From positions 12,462,001 through 12,526,000 of the forward strand of contig NC_135825.1 of assembly GCF_964213995.1 (NCBI RefSeq): a stretch of DNA of 64,000 nucleotides, read 5' to 3'. This document shows, piece after piece, positions 13,801 to 25,800 of this stretch (positions are counted from its first letter, which is position 1; each line of letters starts with the position of its first letter). A program made the translations under genes and the position numbers. The notes below the pieces were generated by a model. That model was not told where the DNA came from, did no database searches, and saw only the letters and a list, made by a program, of their open reading frames with translations. This DNA comes from Mustelus asterias. Its lineage: Eukaryota.

Positions 13801-16800
13801 TGCCACCGTGCCGCCCCATGTCTATTTCTGTGTGCAAAACCTTTTGATGAAGTCACACACCGGAGTGAAACCCCACAGTGTGAGGCAGAACCCCAATTTC
13901 CAGCTCCCCTCCACTCTCCCAGCTCCTACCTGTGGGTCAAGAAAATATCCCAAATGTTTCAAAAGTAAACCATTGACTGTGAAATACTTTGGGACACTCT
14001 GAGATTGTGAATAGTTTCTATTTAAATCACAAACTGCATGGAATTTAACTCATTGGAATGTCTGTGTTTGAATGAAGTAGTCATTTCCTGTTCAATTCCT
14101 GAAATGTTGTCTCCTCAGTTTCAGGTGCATTGTGGGCAGAAACGAAAGGACCAGGAATTGTGGGAAGATCGATCACAGTAAATTGTCACTATGATGCATG
14201 GTGGTACAAGTCACATGTTAAATATTGGTGTCACGGCACAACTCGCCAGTGTAATGTTGTAGCAAAGACAAATCGGCAAAATGGAAGAATTTCAATCACA
14301 GATGACAAGTCACGAGGAATATTTGTTGTCACTGTGAAGGATCTTCGCTCAGGAGATGCAGGATGGTACAGCTGTGGTATTGAAAAAGCTGGTCTCGATC
14401 CAATGTGTCCTGTCGAGCTTCAAGTATCTGACGGTACATTTCTCAGTCATTATCTTTATTCATCTCGACTGAAAAGTTTGATCCATGTTTTACTCGTGGG
14501 GAAACAGAGACAGCTCCGATATCCCGAGCAGTGCGGAGCCTGGCAGCTAGAGGGCAGTGGTCAGGGAAACTGACTTATGTTACATAAATCCAATGTCAGG
14601 AGCTCGGATTCAGAAAAAAGTAAAATTCAGACAATAACAACAGTTTCATGGTCATCAGTAGATTCTATATCCCAGTTACTTTTTATTGAATTTGAATTCT
14701 GCCATCTGCCATGGCAGGATTCAAACCCAGGTCCCCAGAACATTCACTGAGTTTCCAAACAGTCTAGCAATAATACCATTAGGCCATCTCCTCCCCTCCA
14801 AAGAATTTAACAAGATCCACAGGCTTCCTGATATAATGGGTGACTCAAGATACTGAGGTCAAACGAACAGAGTTCAACTTTACAAGTGAATTAACCTGGA
14901 GTTGTCATGTTGTTTGGATGGTAAAAGCAGCCTCTTTATTAACTGTTGAGACATTGGCCTCGATTTTCATTCCGGAGGCAGGTCCGGAGAATTTGGAAAA
15001 TTCCCAACTCAACCTGCCCGCCTCGGGAGAAACTGCCCACAAATGACGGGATCATCATTGCTGCGGGGGCAGGGGTGGGGGGTGTTGGTTGTGGACTGGA
15101 TACAGGCCAGCCGGCACAGGAAGATATGCACAGAGAGTCAAAGATTAAAGAAAGTTTATTTATCAGTCACAAGTAGGCTTACATTAACATTGCAATGAAG
15201 TTACTGTGAAAATCCCCTAGATGGCTACACTCCAGCACCTGTTCGGGTACACTGAGGGAGAATTTAGCATGGCCAATGCACGTAACCAGCATGTCTTTCA
15301 GACTATGGGAGGAAACCAGAGCACTCGGAGGAAATTCATGCAGACACAGGGAGAACGTGCAAATTCCAGACAAACATTGACCCAAGCCGGGAATCGAACC
15401 CAGGTCCCTGGCGCTGTGAGGCAGCAGTGCTAACCACTGTGCCACTCAGTGTGATGACAGGCTGTTTAAAATGTCCGCCTCATGTCGTGGGACTTTGTCC
15501 CAGGAAAAACCAAGGGCCCTCCATCCGTCATCCCTCATAGCCCACAAAAGATGTGGATGGACGGGAAGGGCTTGGCTGGAAGGGGTATTGGGGGCATAGG
15601 GGTTGGGTGGAAGGGCAGAGCAGAGCTCTGACTGGGTGTGGGTAAAGGGGCATTTGCTTCATGAGATCACATGGAGGGTGGCAGAGCGGACGAGGAGGAC
15701 CTTTTTTTTTAACTTCGCTTAACTTAAAACGACTTGGTAAAAATTCTGCTCGTTATCCCGAGCAAACCTCCAGATCAGAGTCAAAATCATCGCTATTTCC
15801 ACAGGGGTTTCTTGAGATTTGTTCATGGGTAATGTTTTGATTTTAGGAGCCTCTATTTTGATTTTTGGGTGTTCATTTTTCATTCTCATTTACTCCTTTA
15901 CTCAGTGATGGAATTGTCAGATTAGATTCTGTATTCACATTCATTTTTAGGGTTTCTTCCTTGCGCGTGTGTGTGTCGACATAATTGAAACTTTCAATTT
16001 TAACTCTAAAGAAAAGATAATACCTGTTCATTTATTGTAAATAAATTTCCCATACTCGATTTCCAAACTGAAGATTCAAGATACTCGCCAGAGGTAACTG
16101 ATTAGGAATGATTCTCAGATGTGCAGCTCCTGGGCAGCGGGAAGGAAGGAGGTGAAAGTCATCATAAATCCTCATAAAATCCCTACAGTACAGAAGGAGG
16201 CCATTCAGCCCATCGAGTCTGTACCGACCACAATCCCACCTCCTATCCCCTTAACCCATACATTTACCCTGCGAATCCCCCTGACACTCAGGTCAATTTA
16301 GCATGGCCAGTTAACCTAACCTGCGCATCTTTGGACCGTGGGAGGAAAACGTAGCACCCGGAGGAAACCCACGCAGATGCGGGGAGAATGTGCAAATTCC
16401 ACACAGACAGTGGCCCAAGGCCAGAATCGAACCTGGGTCCCTGGCACTGTGGGGCAGCAGTGCTAACCTGTGCAGGTGTTGTAACTCCTGCTCCTGAATG
16501 GGAAGGTGTTTCCTCCACATTGCTAAAATTAAACTCATTGTAGAAATATCTGTCTGCTGTGCGGTTTGACAGTGCGACAGACTGACTGACTGACATTCTA
16601 TTTTCACTGTCCAAGATCAGTTTATGTTTCTGCCGTCAGAGTATCTATCTGTGCTGCATCTCGCTTCGGAAAGCTGGTTTAAAAATGTAACATTTGACAG
16701 TGTTTTTACCAAACCCCCTGATCGTTGCAAAAACAGAAAAATGCTGCAAAATCTCAGCAGGTCTGACAGCATGTGGAGAGAGAATAGCGCCAACATTTCG

Positions 16801-19800
16801 AGTCTAGATGACCCTTGGTCAGAGCTGGCGAAGGGTCATCTAGACTCGAAATGTTGGCTTTACTCTTGCTCCACAGGTGCGCTCAGTCCTGCAGAGGTTT
16901 TCCAGCATTTTTCTGTTCTTGTTTCAGATTCCAGCATCCGCAATATTTTGCATTTATCTCCTGATTAGCCCAGCACCAAAGAAACACACTTGCTAATATT
17001 CTGTGTCAAATGAAATACTTTCAGATTAAAAAATGGGTCTGTTGCAATCAGCAAAGTGGATGGAACCCATTCCGCTCTGTCGAAATTAAGTTAACTGGAA
17101 GCTGACGGTCTCTGGTTTTGGGTTTTACTAAGTTTATTGGAAAACTGCCCATTTCAGAAGGTGCTTCGAGATTTGGTAAATAGGTGCAGATTTTTTATTG
17201 TACAGCAAGGTGAAGAAGTAAAAACTCACACAATTCTGATCATCATTGCCTTACATTCAAAACTCATTGGCTGCCTCATGACACCAGCGGTAATCAGCTC
17301 AGACCAGGGGCTCTATATATTGTTCGAGAGCATTAAGCAGCAAAGAACAATAGTTATTAAGAATAACTATAGTTAACAATGTAAACCTGGACAAACGTAT
17401 CTCAAAATCTCATTCAACATATGTGATCAGGACATGAGTTTGCAACACCTGTTTCCTGTGCTGCACACCAACCTTTTTCCAACCCACAACCTAAAATATC
17501 TAGTTCCTCATCAGAATGGAGAGAGCTCCAGACACATAGGGTGTGATCTTACCACCTGTTCACGCCACGCTCCCACTGCAGCGGGAAGGGAAAATCTTAC
17601 TGGCATGAGCAGTCGGAAACTTCCGGCCGTAGTTCCGTTCCAGGACGACACAACTCACGTCTCACATAATGGATTGTAACAGGTTTGGAAATTTAAAAGG
17701 CTGAATGTGCCAATTCAGTGTAAGAGCTTTAACTGTTTACATGCTGATTGCGAAGAACTCAGTCAGACAGATTTCACTCAGTTTCCACAGGAAACACTTT
17801 CCGTTCGGTTGAAATTAAGTTCACTGGAAATTGATGGTCTTTGGTTTTGAGTTTTAATAATTTTATTGGAAAACTGCCCATTTCAGCAGGTGCTTCGAGA
17901 TTTGCGAAATAGGCACAAATCTTTTATTATACAGGAAGCTGCAGCAATAAAAACTCACACAATTCTGATCATCACTGACTTACATTCAAAAGTAAATGCG
18001 TGGACACTCGACACGAGGAAGAAATTTCCCAATGGGGCCTCATAAGGGTCTTGTTGCCATGCCAACTGGGGTTTTCAGTTGGCAATGCAGACAGGCCACA
18101 TTGCCCGGTCTGGATCAGGGTCAGGCAGCTGTGGGATTTTCAAGGATAAAGTAAACTCACCCGGGCTTGCCCCTCGCTGTCTCCATTCTCAGATCAGCAA
18201 CTCCCACCTCAGCCAGGTGAGACCCTCCAGCACCAGGACCCCACCCACTCTCCCTGATTGGATGGTGAGCTCAGTCCCTGGCCTTTAATTGGCTGGAGCA
18301 GTGGAGATAGCAATGGGCATGCCTAAAGTGTGACGTGCGGTGTCTGGACCCAGACTGTCTCCCGTGTCCCGTTCCCAAACCCTGATTACATTTTTTTAAT
18401 TCATTCATGGGACTTGAGCATCGCTGGCCAGGCCAGCATTTATTGCCCATCCCTAGTTGCCCTTGAGAAGGTGATGGTGAGCTGCCTTCTTGAATCGCTG
18501 CAGTCCACATGCTGTGGGTTGATCCATAATGCCATTAGGGAGGTAATTCCAGGATTTTGACCCAGCGACTGCGAAGGAACGGCGATATATTTCCAAGTCA
18601 GGATGGTGAGTGGTTTGCAGATGGTGGTGTTCCCATGTATCTGATGCCCTTGTCCTTCTGGATGGAATCAGTCATGGATTTGGAAGGTGCTGCTAAGGAT
18701 CTTTGGTGAATTGCTGATCTTGTAGATGGTAAACAATGCTGCTACTGAGTGTCGGTGGTGGAGGGAGTGGATGTTTGTGCATTTGGTGTCAATCAAGCGG
18801 GCTGCTTTGTCCTGGATGGTGTCAATTGTGTTGGCATCCACCCCATGGAGGGGTAGATGTCAGATTCCAACATGGCTGACCATGCCTGAGATTCTGAAGG
18901 GCAGAAAGTGGGAGAGTGTTTGATTTTTAGATGTTCGGTCAGTATCTAAATGTTTGTTTCTTCCCCACAGAACCCGTGTCTGTTCCTGCACTTAAATTTC
19001 TATCACCATCAAATGCCTCATGTTCTGGGGGCTCAGTGTCCGTCTCCTGTGAGTCTGTCCAGGGATCACTTCCCATTCGGTACACATGGTATGAAAAGAC
19101 CCCGTCTGAAGATTCAAAGATCTCTGACGCCAATAAACTGGATCTACATTGTCAATCCTTCACACAGCAACATCATCAATATTACTGCACAGCCTCAAAT
19201 AACCAGGGAGAAAAATCCAGTGAAATGGTGAATGAGTCAGTGATCAACAGACCAGGGGAGAATTGCAGTTATGTGATACAAATAAACAGCATTGGTAAGT
19301 GTGACTGTAAATAAACCATTTGGTGATTGAATTTTTGAAGAAATGTTTATCTCATAAGTGTTTCCGGCCAGAACGGGATTTGCACCCACAGTGGACAGGC
19401 CCAAATAATCACCCGTCCCCCACCCCTACCCCCACCTCCACAATGTCTAACTCTGGTTTCTGGATGGTGAATGATGTCAGAGACAAAAGAACAAAGGGAG
19501 GAATTAGGAGCACCGTCTGAAGATTCAAAGATCTCTGACACCAATAAACTGGATCTACATTGTCAATCCTTCAAACAGCAACATCATCAATATTACTGCA
19601 CAGCCTCAAATAACCAGGGAGAAAAATCCAGTGAAATGGTTACAGTGTCAGTGATCCACAGATCAGGGGAGAATTGCAGTTATGAGATACAAAATGGACG
19701 CCGTGGTAAGTGTTATTTTATCCAATCAATATGGTTGATGTTTTTTTTATTCTTGCCTATTGATATATATTTGATTGGTTACATAATTGCATCAAGAGCT

Positions 19801-22800
19801 GATCACATGATTTGATGGTGATGTCACCAGGGTGTTGCAAAGGCTGCTGTTATAATTTCAGTTTGTATTCTGTGCGGGCAAGGCCTCCTGGAATAAACTT
19901 GTTGTGTGTTACTTTGAAACTATGGGGCTAAACTTATGAAAAATATTCTAAATCCAGGATGTGTGTGAAAATGGGAGAGTTTCTGATCCATTTTTTGGGA
20001 GAGTCTTGCACACTGCACACAGTGAAAAACCCCCCAGCAAAAACCGTTTCTCGCCTGTAGGTTGAGGGGCCGGGGTTTAAATTGCCAGAACATTGGCTAA
20101 GAGCAGCAGAGGGCGCCATTGTGCATGTGCAGGTCCCTCTGCTCTGAGAGCAGAGAGGTCAGTCAGTCTGCTGTTCTCAGCCAGAGAACACCCCTGCGCA
20201 CATGAACCAATCAACCATGTGATCTCCCTCCCTGCCTGGACTGAATCCCCCTCCTTCCCTCCACTGATCGCAAGGCAGAGTGGCAGCAGACTCCTCCTCT
20301 CTCCCCCTCCCCGATTGTCCTGCCCCTCCCTATCCATGATCACTATGCAGAGTGAGCAGCGGTTCCCTCCCCCCGTCACCATTGATTGGCCACCCCTGGT
20401 CTGGCCCTGCCCCCATAATTAGCCAGGCCCCCTCAGGTTCCACACCCTTGGAACTGCCCTGTGCCCATTGGCCAGTGCCAATGTGCCCAGTGGGCAGTGC
20501 CAGGGTGCCAGGCTCGTCTCCATGGTAAAAAGGGAGTCATTTTAGCAAGTATATGTATAGTTGCTAACTGTATTTCAAGTGGCCATTAAGTCTGTAAGAT
20601 GAATGTTGTTTATTTGGAACTGAAACAGTGATAAGTTGTAAATTAATGTTGTTTCCTTTTCACTTTTAAATATTGTTCAACTGTTGATAATTAAGTTGCG
20701 TGGGAAGTCATTAAAGTAAAAGAAAATACAGAGTAGTCTCAATTTGCTGTGCCTGCAAGAGAAATGGCAAATCTATTAGGATCTCTGGAGTCTTTCAATT
20801 CAGAACATTTATCAGCGAGTTCCGACAGCATTCCCTTCCAGCCATGTGCTGCAGGTCAGGCACACGGGGCAGGGACAGACTCCTGATTATCACAAGATGG
20901 GTTCCTATTCACTGCAGAGTACAGGCAGTGTGAGTGCCTGTGTTAACATGAGCGCCCCTGCTCGGAGCACCAGCTGCCTTAATTGATGAGCCCTCAAGCA
21001 GCACATGGTGCCCTCCCCACCATGCCCAACTAAATCCCAACACTCAGAGCAGTCCCTCACCACACCCCACAGCCACGACAATGGAACATCCGTGTGTCTG
21101 GAAACAGCAGCCCCCCCATCCAGCACTTAGTAAAGTCCACCACCCCACCCCACTCCACTCCAAAGAGGTAACAATGGCACATCCCTGTGCCTGGAAACAG
21201 CATCTCCCGCACTTAATGAACTTCCCCACCCCACCCAGAAAGTTTCCAGCCCCTGCCTCCAACCCTCCCCTGCACTCCAGGGGGACTGCAGTTCCATCAC
21301 ACTTACCTCCTTGCTCCTCAGTCCGAAAATGTGCCAAAACGGTGCACTGGCTGTGCTAAATTCTCCCTCAGTGTACCCGAACAGGCGCTGGAGTGTGGCG
21401 ACCAGGGGATTTTCACAGTAACTTCATTGCAGTGTGAATGTAAGCCGACTTGTGACTAATAAATAAACTTTAACTTTACTTCAGCACCAGGTCCCGACTT
21501 TTATAGAGCAGTTGTAAACCCAGCCAGCGTGATGTCACGCCGGAGAGGGGGGAGACGCTAGCGGGGGTGGAGAATTTAATGACGGACTCACTGATTATAT
21601 GCAAAGTTATGGTAATGCATGTAAATTGCTGCCACGCTGATTTTCAGCACGAATCTGTTTGCGTTGAAAAACGTCATCTAGGAGACACGCAGAGGCCCGG
21701 CTGCCCAGCGAGAAGCCTGCGGCAGAGCCTCTGCTAATGTCTCCCGGCCTGCTGTGCTACACGAGCAACAGGATGGGAGAATCACCGCCGCCCCTCCCCC
21801 TTTGATGTTTAAGTCCCTGTGGTAAACCACTGTTAGCTTATTACCTGTATATGTGACATGCCTGGACACATCCCTGCCGGCCCTACCCGAGACTCCTCCC
21901 CCCCCGGTCCAGGTATAAAGGCGACTGCTCCCCACCCCCCTGCCTCAGTCTGGACCAGTTCATCGGCATGGGTGTGCTCCAAGTCTTTTGCTAATAAAAG
22001 CCTATTTGTTCTTGCATACAAACTAGTCTTTGCTCGATTGATGGTGCATCAGTCCCCAAAAGAACGGTGTGGATTTCTACTGTTTTCACGATTTCAAATT
22101 TCTTTGGTCAGATCACCCCCATATAATGTGATAAATTTCTATATGAAGGATCACTTTCAGGCGGAATTTAACTCATTAGAATGTCTGTGTTTGAATGAAG
22201 CAGTTATTCCCTGTTCAATTCCTGAAATGTTGTCTCCTCAGATGCATTGTGGGCAGAAAGGGAAGTGAGAGGAATTGTGGGAAGATCGATCACAATCGAT
22301 TGTCACTATGGTGCAGAGTACCGGTCAAACGTGAAATATTGGTGTCGCGGCTGGACTCGCCAGTGTGATGTTGTAGCAACAACAAATCGGCAAAATGGCA
22401 GAATATCAATCACAGAAAACAAGACACAAGGAGTATTTGTTGTCACTATGAAGGATCTTCGCTCAGGAGATGCAGGATGGTACAGCTGTGGAATTGAAGA
22501 ACTTGGTCTCAATCCAATGTATCACGTAAAACTACAAATCTCTAACGGTACATTTCTCAGTGATTGTCTTTATTACTCTCGACTGAAATGTCAGATCAAT
22601 GGCTCGAATTATACACATAAAGATGGGGGGGTGGGGCTCTAGTAGCGCAGCGGGCCGGGAGCCAACAGCGGAGGCCATTTTGCGGGCTTCCTGCTGGGTG
22701 CCACGGCCTCCGCACATCTCCAAGACTATGCTTTTTGACATAATCAGCTCCGCGCCAGAAATCTCCATTTCCATGTGATTAGCGGGCCTGGGAATAAATT

Positions 22801-25800
22801 CCCCATGCCCGCTAGCATCTTCCCCCCCGCCATGAATGATCCCCTTCAGCAGGGTTTACTACTCCTCCCCACTAACGGGGAACAGGCAGCCTACCCCCGT
22901 TGGACGGAAGAGAAGCCATTGAGACCTTCCTGGCAGGTCAGGGGGTATAGGGGATGCCCCTTGGGCAGTGCCAGCCTGACAATACCAGCCTGACACCCTA
23001 CCACTACCAAAGGGGCAAACTGGCACTGCCCAAGGGGCACCTTGGCACTGCCCGGTGGGCATCGGGCTGTGCAAGGGGCGGGGCGAGAGGGGGGTGGGGC
23101 CTATTGGGTGCAGGTCCTACTGGGGAGGCCGACTGGCGGTGGGGGACCTGCTGCCACTCTGCCAGATTGGTTGGGGAGGGAGGGAGTGAGGGTGATTGGT
23201 GCTGGCCATCAGGGCAAGGGGGTTCAGTGCTGCCGGGGAGGGCGGGGTCTTGGGGATGGCCATCGGAGGTGGGGTGTCGAGACTGTCGGAGGGGAGATCC
23301 GGGCTGACAGGGTGGGGAAGGGGAACATCGGGGCTGATCATCAGGATGGCGGTTGGGTTGGGACTGTCCAAGGGGGTCGGGGAGATCAGAGGCTGGCTGA
23401 GGGTGGGGGGACATAGGGGCTGGTGCGGGAGGTCCAGGACACCAGCGATCGAGGGCTGGGAGGTTCAGAAGCCAGCGATGGTGGATTGCAGGGCTGGCCA
23501 GCGATCGGTCTGAATAACGATCAGGAAGCCAGCAATGGGAGGGTGGGACACTGTGCGTGTGGCGATCTCCGCTCTGACAGATCAGTGCATGCACAGTGGC
23601 CCACTCGGTGCTATGCTGCCAGTCTCTCGGGCGGAATAGGCCCCAGCCCCTGATTTTCAGAGTGAATCATGCTCGGGCATTCTGTGATGTAGAGTGTCGG
23701 AGATCCGTTATGGAAATCACGCTTAAAAAAACCCAGCGGGATTTACTCCCATTTTCCCGCACGTTGGGAATTTTTTTCAGAGAATCCCAGGTGTGTATCT
23801 GACCTGGATTCGTAAAAACCTCCGCCAGAAGAAGCCAGGTGAGCATCATTGTGCCCTCGTGCGATGTTTCAGTCAGCGAGCACACGCATGAGGGGATCAA
23901 AAGTTACGGGGAAAAGGCGGGAGAATGAGATTGAGAAACATGTCAGCCATGATCAAATGGTGGAACAGACTTGATGGAGCGAATGGCCTTATTCTGCTCC
24001 TATATCTAATGGGGCTATGGCCTTATTGAGTCAGAAGCACACCTGCCGACAATCAAAAAGTCAATTTAAATGAATCAAACACCAATTGTCTGGGATTTTA
24101 ATTTGTCCACCTGCCTTAACGGTTGGTGTGTGAGCCAATTGTCCAGGTAGCCGTTATCTTTCAGCTGAAACAAAATTAAAATTGAAAATCAGGCCACGAT
24201 ATATTATTTTCTGTCGAGCTACGAATATCTGACGTTACATTTCTCAGCGATTATCTTTATTCCTCTCGACTGAAATATCTGATCAATGTTTTATTTGTGA
24301 CAAAACATGACAGCTCCGAAATTCCGAGTCTGGCAGCTAGAGGGCAGCGGTCAGGGAAACTGACACAAACCCGATTGTGGCCTGTCCACATTTCTGAAAA
24401 TGGATTGCAAACATTCCCGAACTATAGAGAAGGAGGAACTCTGGAAAATCGCAATCTTCAGGGATGCAGTTCTAAGGAAATGGTTGGAGCTACGGGGTGA
24501 CAAGTGCCTGGATCCTGATGGACTTCATTCCAGGGTCTTAGAAGAAGTGGCTAGTGAGGTAGTTGGTGCGTTGGTCTTAATTCTCCGAACACCCCTAAGT
24601 TTGGGGAAGGTCCCATTAGATTAGAAGTTGGGGGGAGGCGATCAAAGTGGGAAACTACGGGGCAATTAATTTATATCTGCCAAAGGGAAGATGTTAGAAG
24701 CTATCATTTAAAAAGCTACAGCAGAGTACTGGGATTGGCTCCAGGGAATCCAGCACTGTAAACATGATTAAATCATGTTCAGATCACGTTTAACAAACTT
24801 ATTGGAGTTACATCGAAAAAAAGGAAAATAGAAGCATGATTAGGTCATTTGGCCCTTTGAGCCTCTGCCATTCAACATGATCATGGTTGGTCCTCTATCT
24901 CAGCACTATACTCCCATGCTCTCCTCATAACCCTTGAACTCTTCAGAGTCTAGAAATCTATTTCCTTCTTAAATATATTCAGTGACTTGGCCTCCACAGC
25001 TTTCTGTGGTAGAGAATTCCACAGGTTCACCATCCTCTGTGTGAAGAAGTTTGTTTTTATTCATTCATGGGACATGGCCGTCGCTGACTGGCCAGCAGTT
25101 ATTGCCATCCCTAGTTGCCCTTGGAGGGCAGTTAAGAGCACATTGCTGTGGCTCTGGAGTCACATGTAGGCCAGACCAGGTAAGGACAGCAGATTTCCTT
25201 CCATAAAGGACATTAGTGAACCAGATGGGTTTTTCCCACAATTGACAATGGTTTCATGATCATCAGTAGATTCTTAATTCCAGATTTTTTTTCATTGAAT
25301 TCAAATTCTACCATCTGCCGCGGCGGGATTCGAACCCGGGTCCCCAGAACATTAGCCGAGCTTCTTAATAGCTAGAGATAATACCACTAGGCCATCGCCT
25401 CCCTTCCTCATCTTAGTCCTAAATGGCCTACCCTGTATACTATGACCCCTTTCTGTAGACCCTCCAGCCAGAGGAAACAACATCCCTGCATCCCTGTCCA
25501 GCCCTGGAAGAATTTTATCCGTCTCAATTAGATCCCCTCACATTCTTCTAAATTCCAGTGACCTCGGCCTCGTTGACCCAATCCCTCCACATACAACAAT
25601 CCTGCCATCCCAGGAATCAGCCTGGTGAGCCTTCACTGCACTCCCTCTATGGCGAGTATGTATATTATCTTAGATAAATACATTGAACCTGCACACAGTA
25701 CTCCAGATGGGGTCTTAGCAAGGCCCTATATAGGTGCAGTAAGACATCCTTGTTCCTGTACTCAAGCCATGAAGGCCAACATTCCATTTGTCTTCCTTGC

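Noticed and set aside
14119-22547. V exons as rearranging Ig/TCR V segments
   Set aside because: They include their own G strand and end in splice donors. No heptamer-nonamer RSS at their 3' ends. Motifs are CD300/pIgR-type.
22954-23653. Long Pro/Gly-rich overlapping ORFs
   Set aside because: Result of GC-rich low-complexity transposon interior.
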